A stretch of DNA of 32,000 nucleotides from Bacteroidota bacterium (GCA_947479755.1 CANKAM010000009.1:36464-68463); one strand, 5' to 3'; shown: positions 16,839-25,243, counted from the first letter of the stretch. Notes: a model not told the origin generated them from the letters alone. Program-made: numbers and translations.

Positions 16839-17251
16839 AGCAAAAGCTGAAACTGATTTTATTAGTTGATGATTTTGAAGGTGCTAATTTTCTTCATGAG
16901 AAAGTAATACGTGAATCAGGATGTGCAGAAAAGGTGCATATAGAAACAAGTGGCGATAAAGCACTACAGTTTTTAAGAACAGAAGAGAAAGGCAGCTATC
17001 CCCATCCCGATATTATTTTTCTTGATCTGAATATGCCCGGCATGAGTGGCTGGGAATTTTTAGAAGAATATAAAACCCTGACTCGCGAACAGCGTTGGGG
17101 AACACTGATTGTTATACTTACCACATCGCGCAACCCCGATGATGAGGCAAGAGCAAGAACAAAACACCCAAAGACTGTTTTTATGAATAAACCGCTCTTG
17201 CGCAAACCGCTGGAAGAAATTCTGCGCGAATATTTTTCAGACAATTACTGA
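16835..17251 (+). CDS. Single-domain response regulator (receiver only)
   Basis: 138 aa with LLVDD, IIFLDLNMPGMSGWEF, LTTS and NKP. ATGA start/stop overlap with the preceding receiver gene. Confidence 0.85.
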   Translation: MKQKLKLILLVDDFEGANFLHEKVIRESGCAEKVHIETSGDKALQFLRTEEKGSYPHPDIIFLDLNMPGMSGWEFLEEYKTLTREQRWGTLIVILTTSRNPDDEARARTKHPKTVFMNKPLLRKPLEEILREYFSDNY

Positions 17252-17276
17252 TTTTATTTCCGATGTTTGGTGTCGG

Positions 17277-19619
17277 ATGCAAACCACACAAAATAAAATA
17301 GCAGGTTTTTTAGGTTTAGCTATTACCGCAGTCGGTTTTCTTGTACTCCTGGGTTGGCAATTTGATATTGAATTTCTGAAACGCCCCATTCCGGGGCTTG
17401 TTGCTATGAACCCGGTAACGGCACTCGGATTTTTTTTATCAGGAGTTGCTATTTTTCTTGTTACAAAGAATAGTACAGAAAAGCATACATTTAAATGGCT
17501 AAGTATAGTTTTAGCAGCAACTGTTATCCTTATTGGTGTTTTAAAACTTTCTGATATTATTTTTTCTACAACTATTGGAGAAGATGAATGGTTCTTTAAT
17601 ACTAAAAATTTTAAAGAAAAATTACGCGGCATTTCAAGCCGCATTGCACAAACTACAGCGCTGAATTTTATTTTGCTTGGCAGTTCAATTATTTTAAGTG
17701 GAAGCAAAAAAGCAATTTTAAACTCAATTGCAAATTACCTGGCACTGGGAACTTTTCTCATAGCACTTTTTTCTACTCTGGGCTACGTTTATTTTATTCC
17801 CGAATTTATAGAACTACTTACAAAAAATCCTATGGCTGTGCATACGGCAATATGCTTTCTGATTGCTGCCTTGGCTGTAATGTTCTACAATCACAACCAG
17901 GGATTTATGCTCACCTTTTCGGGTTCTGACCCGGGTGGGCTCCTAGCCCGTGTATTGGTTCCGGGAATTGTACTCTTCCCGTTTTTTCTTGGAATAGGAC
18001 TTCTTTACATTGTCCACCATTACAATGTAAGTACTGAATTGCTGGTGGGCTTTGGGGTAATTAATGTTACGCTTGTGTTCTTTTTTATTACCTGGTATGT
18101 AGCTGCTCAGTTGAATAAGGTCAATGCCAAACGCAATGAGGTTGAAAAAGAATTATCACTCTCGCACGAACGGTTTTTTACGTTTTTCGAATCAAGTCCG
18201 GTTCCAACCAATATTATCAGGGTAAAAGACGGGCACTACCTTCATGCAAATACTGCGTTTTTAAAATTATTTTCTCTTACCCGAGAACAGGTAATCGGAA
18301 AAACTTCTGCAGAGTTTAATATTATAGACGCTAAAAAACGAGGGGCCCTTCTTGAATATGTAAAAGAAAAAAATTACAACATGCAGGATGTAGAAGCTAA
18401 GCTGATAAGCTCAACCGGTAAAAAAATTGACATACTTACCTCAACACTACTAATTGAACTAGATGGTGAGCCTCACATGCTCACTACACTTATTGATATA
18501 ACCGAACGAAAATCCATTGAAGAAGAGATCCGCAAAAGCAGAAAGAGTCTTAACGATGCGCAAAAATTATCAAAAACAGGCAGTTGGGAGTTTAACCTCA
18601 AAACCGGTGCGTTGTTTTGGTCTGATGAGCTCTATCACATTTTTGAGGTAGAGGAAACACCTGCTGAAAAACTTTTTGAAGTTTGCCGGAAAAAAATTCA
18701 TCCCGATGATATTGCAAATCTTGATGATGCAATAAACCTGGCAAACGAAGCGGGGGTAGCAGCTGTTTATGAACACAGAGTGATTATGGGTGACGGCAGT
18801 ATCAAGCATCTGTTTGGACTTGGCGAAATAATAAAGGACGAAGATGGAAAACCTCTTTGGTTAAGAGGAACAACTCAGGATATTACTGAGCGAAAAGAAT
18901 TTGAAGAAAAGCTGCGGCAAAATAACATACAATTAGACCTCAAAAATAAAGAACTGGAACAATTTGCATTTGTGGCCTCGCATGATTTGCAGGAACCTCT
19001 GCGCACTATAAGCAGTTTTACCGAACTACTTACTGATGAATATGCAGCAAAGTTTGACAACAACGCAAATACCTATGTCCGCTTTATTTCTCAATCGGCA
19101 ATGCGCATGCGCGATTTAATAACTGCCTTACTCGACTACTCACGACTGGGCAATAAAATTATTTTACAACAAAGCGATTGCAATGATATTCTGAAACATG
19201 CAATGGAAAATTTACACGTTTCCATAAAAGAAAGCGAGGCAGTTATAATAGCTGAAAATCTTCCTGTGCTGAAAGCGTACCCGATTGAGATGGAACTGTT
19301 ATTTCAGAATTTGATTGGCAATGCTATTAAATTCAGGAAAAAAGAAGTGATACCTGAAATTAATATTAAAGCCAAAAAACGCGAGCATGAATGGGAATTT
19401 TCATTTGCAGATAATGGAATTGGAATAGACCAGAAACATTTTGAAAAAATATTTCTTCTTTTCCAGCGTCTGCATTCGAGCGATAATTATAAAGGTTCGG
19501 GCATTGGCTTATCGCACTGCAAAAAAATTGTGGAACTGCACAACGGGAGAATCTGGGTTGAATCAAAAGCAGGTGAAGGAAGTGTTTTTTATTTTACAAT
19601 AGCAGTGCAGGCTGAGTAG
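17277..19619 (+). CDS. Membrane sensor histidine kinase: multi-TM N-terminal domain, two PAS domains, HisKA, HATPase_c
   Basis: 780 aa. About 8 hydrophobic segments in the first 290 aa. PAS-like regions, H-box FVASHDLQEPLRT, and N/G boxes (NLIGNAIKF, DNGIGI, GSGIGLS). Confidence 0.9.
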   Translation: MQTTQNKIAGFLGLAITAVGFLVLLGWQFDIEFLKRPIPGLVAMNPVTALGFFLSGVAIFLVTKNSTEKHTFKWLSIVLAATVILIGVLKLSDIIFSTTIGEDEWFFNTKNFKEKLRGISSRIAQTTALNFILLGSSIILSGSKKAILNSIANYLALGTFLIALFSTLGYVYFIPEFIELLTKNPMAVHTAICFLIAALAVMFYNHNQGFMLTFSGSDPGGLLARVLVPGIVLFPFFLGIGLLYIVHHYNVSTELLVGFGVINVTLVFFFITWYVAAQLNKVNAKRNEVEKELSLSHERFFTFFESSPVPTNIIRVKDGHYLHANTAFLKLFSLTREQVIGKTSAEFNIIDAKKRGALLEYVKEKNYNMQDVEAKLISSTGKKIDILTSTLLIELDGEPHMLTTLIDITERKSIEEEIRKSRKSLNDAQKLSKTGSWEFNLKTGALFWSDELYHIFEVEETPAEKLFEVCRKKIHPDDIANLDDAINLANEAGVAAVYEHRVIMGDGSIKHLFGLGEIIKDEDGKPLWLRGTTQDITERKEFEEKLRQNNIQLDLKNKELEQFAFVASHDLQEPLRTISSFTELLTDEYAAKFDNNANTYVRFISQSAMRMRDLITALLDYSRLGNKIILQQSDCNDILKHAMENLHVSIKESEAVIIAENLPVLKAYPIEMELLFQNLIGNAIKFRKKEVIPEINIKAKKREHEWEFSFADNGIGIDQKHFEKIFLLFQRLHSSDNYKGSGIGLSHCKKIVELHNGRIWVESKAGEGSVFYFTIAVQAE

Positions 19620-19650
19620 CTATTCATTATTGACGAAACATAAAACAAAA

Positions 19651-19672
19651 AGTCCCGCAACAATGCGGGACT
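19651..19672. terminator. Bidirectional rho-independent terminator between convergent genes
   Basis: AGTCCCGCA-acaa-TGCGGGACT is a 9-bp GC-rich stem. It is flanked by an A-tract upstream and a T-tract downstream. Confidence 0.8.
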
Positions 19673-19700
19673 TTTATATTTTACACGTTATACGTTTTAT

Positions 19701-20654
19701 TTACAAGGGTGTCAACACTGCATTAAGGGTTATGGTTTGCGCTTCGGCTATTTCAATTTCCACTTCATAGTCTGCATACCCATCGGCAGTAACTTTTATT
19801 TTAGTTGTGCCTACAAATTTTGTTTTTAAAGTATAATCACCGTTTGCATCGCTAAGTGTAAGGTCATCACTTTCAAGAACAAGAATGGTTGCGTTGGCAA
19901 CAGCCACAGGTAATCCCGGGCCGGGAGGAGGAACGGTGCCTGTTATTTTTCCGCTGATGGTTGATTCTGCACCCACGGTAATATAAATAACACCCCACTC
20001 ACGTGCATTGTTGCGCATGCTGTCGGCTTCTTCTTCGTTGTAAAATGTTTCTACTTCGTCCCACACTTTTCTTATCACTTTGTCGGTTTCGTCAAACAAG
20101 GCTTCCAGTGTTTCTTCGGCTGTATCTAAGGTATCTTTCAAATTACTTTGCGAAGTAAATAAACCTACAAAAGCAGATACCTCGGTTTGCACCTCCGGAG
20201 CTGTGGGGTTAGTCATAGGTGCGCCTCCTACAGTGATGCGCTGCGCATCACCGGTTACAATTTTATTTCCCCAGCTTATTATATCTTCTTCGGTTAACAT
20301 TTCGGGTAAGGCATCTGAGCCCACCTCTAATTTATAAAGTGCGCGGTGGGCAGCATTGTAAATGCCGCGTGCCACACCCAGATTAAACACTTGAATAAAA
20401 TGCGAGGTAAACATTTTGCTGCGCCCTTTAGCTACATTTTTCAGTGGGGTATTGCCACTGTAAGTTGATTGCTTTAAACCTAAATCATTATAGGCAGTTT
20501 CATAGTTTGCCACCATGTTATCAAGGCGGGTGGTGGTGGCAACTGACAGTATGTTGCCTGCAGGCGGAAGACTGTCTTTTTTGTTTTTGGCAAAACGAAT
20601 AGCCTTGTAACGCGATTCGATAGTACGGGGTAATTTACGGGTAATGCTTGTCAT
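19701..20654 (-). CDS. Hypothetical protein with a C-terminal carboxypeptidase-regulatory-like beta-sandwich; N-terminal ~230 aa unrecognised
   Basis: The ORF track starts at a TTG at 20717; the ATG at 20654 (MTSITRKLPRT...) is more plausible. C-terminal pattern: ISGKITG...ATILVLESDDLTLSDANGDYTLKT...KIKVTADGYADYEVEIEI...TLNAVL. No signal peptide. Confidence 0.6.
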   Translation of the reverse strand: MTSITRKLPRTIESRYKAIRFAKNKKDSLPPAGNILSVATTTRLDNMVANYETAYNDLGLKQSTYSGNTPLKNVAKGRSKMFTSHFIQVFNLGVARGIYNAAHRALYKLEVGSDALPEMLTEEDIISWGNKIVTGDAQRITVGGAPMTNPTAPEVQTEVSAFVGLFTSQSNLKDTLDTAEETLEALFDETDKVIRKVWDEVETFYNEEEADSMRNNAREWGVIYITVGAESTISGKITGTVPPPGPGLPVAVANATILVLESDDLTLSDANGDYTLKTKFVGTTKIKVTADGYADYEVEIEIAEAQTITLNAVLTPL

Positions 20655-20754
20655 GGTTTTTTTTGGTTTTAAAAATTTGTGGGGCAAAGTAAAACCCGGC
20701 AAGGGGGTATGAGTCAATAAACGGTTTCAAAACTTTTTAACAACAGCAGGCTTT

Positions 20755-21105
20755 TCAGCACAACGGATTTTCCTCTATTTTTCTGAGTTGCGTATAAACC
20801 TGTTGCACTTCTTTTTCTTTCATGTTGATTAATAAATCGCTTGTGTTTTCAAGATACTGGCGCGACAAATCGGGAAGTTGAGCCTTGCGTAGCAACGTAT
20901 TAATACGTCCCATAATATTTGCGCGAAACAGCGGCAAAAAATGTTGATAACTAAGGCTGCGCAAAGCACCCAAAATAGCAAGCAATTGAATGGAGGCTTT
21001 AGTAAAATCCTGTTCTTCAACTATTATTTTTTCAATGGCAATAAGCTGCTTTTGCGCTTTGTGTAAGGGAGGCAAAAGGTTGCGGATACGCTCGTCCTGT
21101 TCCAT
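20755..21105 (-). CDS. Small helical hypothetical protein with weak resemblance to CsoR/FrmR-type helix bundles, without metal ligands
   Basis: 116 aa. LHKAQKQLIAIEKIIVEEQDFTKASIQLLAILGALRSL resembles the RIEGQ...ED.YC.D...Q..A...AL pattern of DUF156 proteins, but the Cys/His ligands are absent. Its stop lies about 100 nt upstream of the start of the 19701-20654 gene on the same strand. Confidence 0.5.
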   Translation of the reverse strand: MEQDERIRNLLPPLHKAQKQLIAIEKIIVEEQDFTKASIQLLAILGALRSLSYQHFLPLFRANIMGRINTLLRKAQLPDLSRQYLENTSDLLINMKEKEVQQVYTQLRKIEENPLC

Positions 21106-21240
21106 GGTTATTGGGTTAGGGGGGTATAGGGAAACTTAAGTTGATTAATACGAAGATAAAAAAGGATTGAAGTCAAACAGAAAAAATTACTTTTGACTTT
21201 TCAGCCCATTTTTATCTAAATCATTGATTTTCAACAATGC

Positions 21241-21576
21241 CACTGCGTGTTTTCTAAGCAAAACACACGCTGTCATATATTGCAGCGTCTGTTTTCTTTA
21301 CAAAACTCGGTCTGGCATATATGCCGGAGCGTGTTTTTAGTTCAAAACAACCAATGGCATATATGACATTGGGTATTTTGTAAGCAAAAGATAGAATGGC
21401 ATGTGTAACAGCGGGTGTTTTGTTTACAAAACACAGGATGTCATATATAACTGTGCGTATTTTTTTAACAAAACACCTGATGGCATATATGCCAACTCAT
21501 GTTTCCTTTACAAAAGGCACAATGCAATACAGGACAGCGCGTGTTTTGAAAACAAAAACAGGGGTCTTTTTAAGAG
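21241..21576. repeat. Tandem array of 8 phased 42-bp degenerate repeats, each carrying two palindromic motifs
   Basis: Units start at 21241, 21283, 21325, 21367, 21409, 21451, 21493 and 21535. Consensus is approximately cAGCGcGTGTTTTnTTtACAAAACAcnnnaTGGCATATATGc. A ninth, very degenerate unit may lie at about 21200-21240. Confidence 0.85.
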
Positions 21577-21585
21577 CAACCGAAA

Positions 21586-22248
21586 TTATTTCGCGTAATG
21601 TGCAATCACATCACTCTCAAAAATCAGTTTTCCGGATTCGGGATTTTTGGCAAGCTGCACCATGCAGCGGGCTACGGTTTGGGCTTCTATGGCTTTGTAT
21701 TTTTTTAGCGGACCCGCAAACAAAAAACCGGTAGCCTGCATAAAAACTTTGCCTATGCTCTCTCCTATTCGTGTTTCTTTTCTGTCGCCCAGCAACATGG
21801 AAGGGCGCAGGATACAAAAACTATCAAAATTTAAAGCAGCAATGGCGTTTTCAATATCACCCTTGGTGCGCAGATAAAAATTACCCGAGTGTGCATCGGC
21901 TCCTAATGACGATACCAGCATAAATTGTTTTGCTCCCTGCGCCTTGGCGGCTTTGGCCAATTCAAGGCAATAGGTATAATCTACTTTACGGAAATTCTCC
22001 TGCGAGCCTGCAGTTTTTATGGTAGTGCCTAAACAACAAAATACCACATCAGCAGTAAGCCGTTGCGAAAACTGGTTCAGCTCATCAAAGTCAACAACAA
22101 TTTCCGAAACTTTTTCGCGGTTTATGGCAAGTGGTTTACGGGTAATTAATTTTACTCTGCTGAAATCGTTGTCATCTGCCAGCAACTGAAGAACATGACT
22201 GCCGATTAATCCGCTGGCACCTGCAATAAGAGCAGTTTTTCCGCTCAT
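21586..22248 (-). CDS. NAD(P)H-binding Rossmann-fold oxidoreductase (atypical SDR / HTATIP2-like)
   Basis: 220 aa with N-terminal ALIAGASGLIGSHVLQLL (GxxGxxG). ATGA start/stop overlap with the upstream protease gene. Confidence 0.75.
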   Translation of the reverse strand: MSGKTALIAGASGLIGSHVLQLLADDNDFSRVKLITRKPLAINREKVSEIVVDFDELNQFSQRLTADVVFCCLGTTIKTAGSQENFRKVDYTYCLELAKAAKAQGAKQFMLVSSLGADAHSGNFYLRTKGDIENAIAALNFDSFCILRPSMLLGDRKETRIGESIGKVFMQATGFLFAGPLKKYKAIEAQTVARCMVQLAKNPESGKLIFESDVIAHYAK

Positions 22249-23891
22249 TGAATACTGAGTTTTCGGGTGATGATTTTTTCTTCACTCTGCAATTCAATAA
22301 AGTACATGCCCGCTGCAAGCGGCAGATTGAACGATGCTGAATTTTGGTTGGTGAAGGTGCGCGATAAAACCAATGCGCCAATTTGATTGTGAATGTTTAC
22401 CTGAACCACACCTTTTGTAAAATCATTCCAGTTAAGTGTAAAGTTTCCCTGCGAAGGATTAGGAAAAACAGTAACACTGTTTTCTGCGTTTTGCTCCTTA
22501 TCATCAATACCAACCAGACTGCAATTACCACCATTTAATGGAACAATGTTCTCAAAACTATTGCAACTATATCCGGGGTTGATACTGTTCTGCATCACCT
22601 CAATTCCACCGTCAAGTCCGCTGTCATTAAACAGATTGCGTTTGGTTTCGCCTGAATTTGTCATATAATACATAACCGATGATGCATTGTTATTATGCTG
22701 CTCAAGATGTAAGTGCCCCAGTTCATGCAGCGCAACTGATTCAAAATCATAATAATTAGTAAAGGGTTGTCCACTTCCTGTATTCCACAAAGCCGAAGAA
22801 CTGAAAATCATATCCACTTCACTCAGCTGCCAGTTCACTATACCTTCATTGTTGCAGGCCGAAACTGAAATAACGGTAGTGGCTAACGCACCTGCGGGCA
22901 GCAAACCTTGTTCATCAAATGAAATGGAACTGTATCCGTCATTATAAGCAGTAATGCCATGAAGATAGTTTACCGTGTCTAGTGAAATATTCATTCCGGT
23001 ATTGCAACGCCAGGTGGTCATTGCTCTTTTCAGGGCATACATTGCCTGTGTATTTTGCGAAAACAGTGAACTCATTTTCATAGTATATCCTCCGCTGATA
23101 TCAGCAGCTGCAAGTGCTATTTTGCCTATCTGACTATTGTAAACCAACTCACTCAAGGCATAATGTATATTCACCTGCTGGGCGCTTTGCACGCTTGCGC
23201 CTGATGAAGTTGTTACCTTTATATTTCCTGAACCCGCCACTGTAACTCCGTTTTCTGTGTAGGTAGGAATGAGCATTTTTATCATCGTGTTAGTCCACAA
23301 GATGTAATGTGGTCCCGCAGGAATAGTTACCCAACCTGCACCACCATTGTCTGCATTACGAAATGAAACAGCTCCGTTACCCTGACTGTTGCCAAAATCA
23401 GTACCGGTAATTGTTATCTCATCCTGAGTTCCTGCGGTAATGTTTAAAGGTGTGATGGTAGAAATTTCCGCAACAGTTGATTTTTCTTCCGTTAGTTCAT
23501 ACGGAACAAAGCCTTGTGAAAGTGCAACCGGAAAATACTTGTCGTTTTTTTCGGTGCAGTAAAAGGTTCCCACATCACCCACCTGTAAATTAAATCCCGG
23601 AAAATGAATTTGCGCTTTATCTTCCATCACACCACCGGGAGTAATAATCTCAATCAAAAGAGGAATTTCATTTCCTGATTTTTGAGAAGCAACTTGAATG
23701 GTGTTGGAAGTTGAGATATTTCCAAACGCATCGTAAAAACATTTTTTTGCTAAAACCTTTCCATCAAAAATAACATCGGCTTGTGCAGATTTTTCTTCAA
23801 TGCTCAAGACAACCATTGAGCATTGTGCAAGAACATTATTCGCAAATGCGCTCAGAAAAAAGAAAAATAGAATAGAGTATATTTGCCGCAC
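22245..23891 (-). CDS. Secreted metzincin-like zinc metalloprotease with an IPT/TIG-like domain and a T9SS C-terminal sorting domain
   Basis: 548 aa with a GTG start. Signal peptide ILFFFFLSAFANNVLAQ. ITPLNITAGTQDEITITGTDFG is IPT/TIG-like. HELGHLHLEQH fits HExxHxxxxxH. C-terminal VTVFPNPSQGNFTLNW...GMYFIELQSEEKIITRKLSIQ is a Por/T9SS CTD. Confidence 0.8.
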   Translation of the reverse strand: MRQIYSILFFFFLSAFANNVLAQCSMVVLSIEEKSAQADVIFDGKVLAKKCFYDAFGNISTSNTIQVASQKSGNEIPLLIEIITPGGVMEDKAQIHFPGFNLQVGDVGTFYCTEKNDKYFPVALSQGFVPYELTEEKSTVAEISTITPLNITAGTQDEITITGTDFGNSQGNGAVSFRNADNGGAGWVTIPAGPHYILWTNTMIKMLIPTYTENGVTVAGSGNIKVTTSSGASVQSAQQVNIHYALSELVYNSQIGKIALAAADISGGYTMKMSSLFSQNTQAMYALKRAMTTWRCNTGMNISLDTVNYLHGITAYNDGYSSISFDEQGLLPAGALATTVISVSACNNEGIVNWQLSEVDMIFSSSALWNTGSGQPFTNYYDFESVALHELGHLHLEQHNNNASSVMYYMTNSGETKRNLFNDSGLDGGIEVMQNSINPGYSCNSFENIVPLNGGNCSLVGIDDKEQNAENSVTVFPNPSQGNFTLNWNDFTKGVVQVNIHNQIGALVLSRTFTNQNSASFNLPLAAGMYFIELQSEEKIITRKLSIQ

Positions 23892-24010
23892 TGAATAAAT
23901 TCTGATTGTGATGGTTGAAGTTAGTTATTGACATTACTTATTTGAAAACTTTCGCTTAACACTGTTTTTCTGTCGACCAATCAGGATTTGTTTCGATATG
24001 ATTTAAAAAA

Positions 24011-24676
24011 ATGACACAACATACCATTACCGTAAGTAAGACAGGACGTTATTACACTTCAGGAAATATAGATGCAAACACCGAAACTATTTGGCTGGTT
24101 TGTCATGGCTACGGACAACTGGCTGAATATTTTATCAAACACTTTCAACTGGTGGAAAACGATAAGACTTTTGTAGTTGCTCCGGAAGGTCTTTCAAAAT
24201 TTTATTTAGATGGCGTTTCCGGAAGAATGGGTGCAGCATGGATGACCAAAGAAGACCGCGAAAATGAAGTCAGGGATTACCTCAACTTTCTGAATTTGTT
24301 ATTCGACAAACTTTTTTCGGAGGTTGATTTCAATAAAGTAAAACTGAACGTTCTTGGTTTTTCGCAAGGCACAGCAACGGTTTGTCGTTGGCTGGGACAA
24401 AGCAATGTTAAAGTAAACCGGTTAATTATGTGGGCAGGCACATTTCCGGTAGATGTGGATTTAGCTATTCACGGAAACCGCTTCAGTTCTATTCCTGTTA
24501 CCCTTGTTTATGGCCATCAGGACGAATATTTAGAATACCTAAAACCGGAGGACTACAAGAAATTTCTTGATAGCGCAGGCTTTAAATACAACATAGTTAC
24601 CTTTGATGGCAAACACGAAATGAATGCGGAAGTGTTGAGGGAAGTAGCGAATGAGTTCACAGTCAATAGTCGATAG
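24011..24676 (+). CDS. Alpha/beta hydrolase (phospholipase/carboxylesterase-like)
   Basis: 221 aa. The WLVCHGYGQ oxyanion region, nucleophile elbow GFSQGT, and a late D/H fit a serine hydrolase. Confidence 0.7.
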   Translation: MTQHTITVSKTGRYYTSGNIDANTETIWLVCHGYGQLAEYFIKHFQLVENDKTFVVAPEGLSKFYLDGVSGRMGAAWMTKEDRENEVRDYLNFLNLLFDKLFSEVDFNKVKLNVLGFSQGTATVCRWLGQSNVKVNRLIMWAGTFPVDVDLAIHGNRFSSIPVTLVYGHQDEYLEYLKPEDYKKFLDSAGFKYNIVTFDGKHEMNAEVLREVANEFTVNSR

Positions 24677-24732
24677 TCCACCGTTTAGCGAGATTATTAA
24701 CAAAATCATTAATTCACAAAATCACAAATAGT

Positions 24733-25176
24733 ATGAACCTAACCGACCAAATCAACACCGACATTAAAAATGCAATGCTGGCAAAAGATGCTTCAAAACT
24801 TGAAGCTTTACGTGCTATTAAATCTGCATTACTGCTTTTAAAAACTTCACCAGAAGGGCAAAGCGAAGCAACAGAACTGAAAGCACTTCAAAAAATGGTG
24901 AAGCAACGTAAAGAAACAGCCGAGGTTTATGTTGGACAAGGAAGGCAAGAATTAGCCGATGTGGAAATTTCGCAAGCTGCCGTTATTGAAAACTATCTTC
25001 CTAAACAAATGAGTGAAGATGATTTGAAAGCAATACTTCAGAATATTATTACAACTGTTGGCGCATCTTCACCTGCCGACATGGGCAAAGTGATGGGCGC
25101 TGCCACTAAAGAACTAAGTGGAAAGGCAGACGGAAGTGTGATTTCTAAGATTGTAAGAGAATTACTTTCTAAGTAG
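24733..25176 (+). CDS. yqeY: GatB/YqeY domain protein
   Basis: 147 aa. DIKNAMLAKD...LEALRAIKSALL...QRKETAEVY...E.EISQAAVIENYLPKQMSEDDL is the classic YqeY pattern. Confidence 0.85.
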   Translation: MNLTDQINTDIKNAMLAKDASKLEALRAIKSALLLLKTSPEGQSEATELKALQKMVKQRKETAEVYVGQGRQELADVEISQAAVIENYLPKQMSEDDLKAILQNIITTVGASSPADMGKVMGAATKELSGKADGSVISKIVRELLSK

Positions 25177-25182
25177 TATTTC

Positions 25183-25241
25183 GTCATTCCGAACTTGTTT
25201 CAGAATCTTAAATACAGATGCTGAAACAAGTTCAGCATGAC
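25183..25241. repeat. Intergenic palindromic element, likely a bidirectional terminator between convergent genes
   Basis: GTCATtccGAACTTGTTTCAG...17 nt...CTGAAACAAGTTCagcATGAC. It has a 13-bp perfect stem plus a 5-bp outer stem. The motif resembles a GTCAT..GAACTTGTTTC.. type palindrome that I recall seeing dispersed in Bacteroidota genomes. Confidence 0.6.
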
Positions 25242-25243
25242 AT

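Noticed and set aside
17237-17707. 156-aa minus-strand ORF
   Set aside because: It is entirely antisense to the N-terminal membrane domain of the histidine kinase and the end of the receiver gene. Its composition is low-complexity and it has no motif.
19701-20717. Phage tail-fibre-like or prophage remnant interpretation of the 338-aa ORF
   Set aside because: The window contains no capsid, terminase, integrase or other phage genes. Only a generic beta-sandwich C-terminal domain supports the idea.
21241-21576. Possible CRISPR array
   Set aside because: The period is only 42 bp and the whole unit is repeated in degenerate form. There are no unique spacers between conserved repeats and no cas genes in the window. 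It is a tandem repeat, not a CRISPR array.
21396-21734. 112-aa plus-strand ORF (and the 65-aa ORF at 21401-21598) giving 14-aa peptide repeats from the 42-bp array
   Set aside because: The ORF exists only because 42 is divisible by 3. Earlier units carry stops in this frame, for example TAA at 21381-21383. Conservation tracks the palindromes rather than codons. The ORF also runs antisense into the well-supported 21586-22248 gene.
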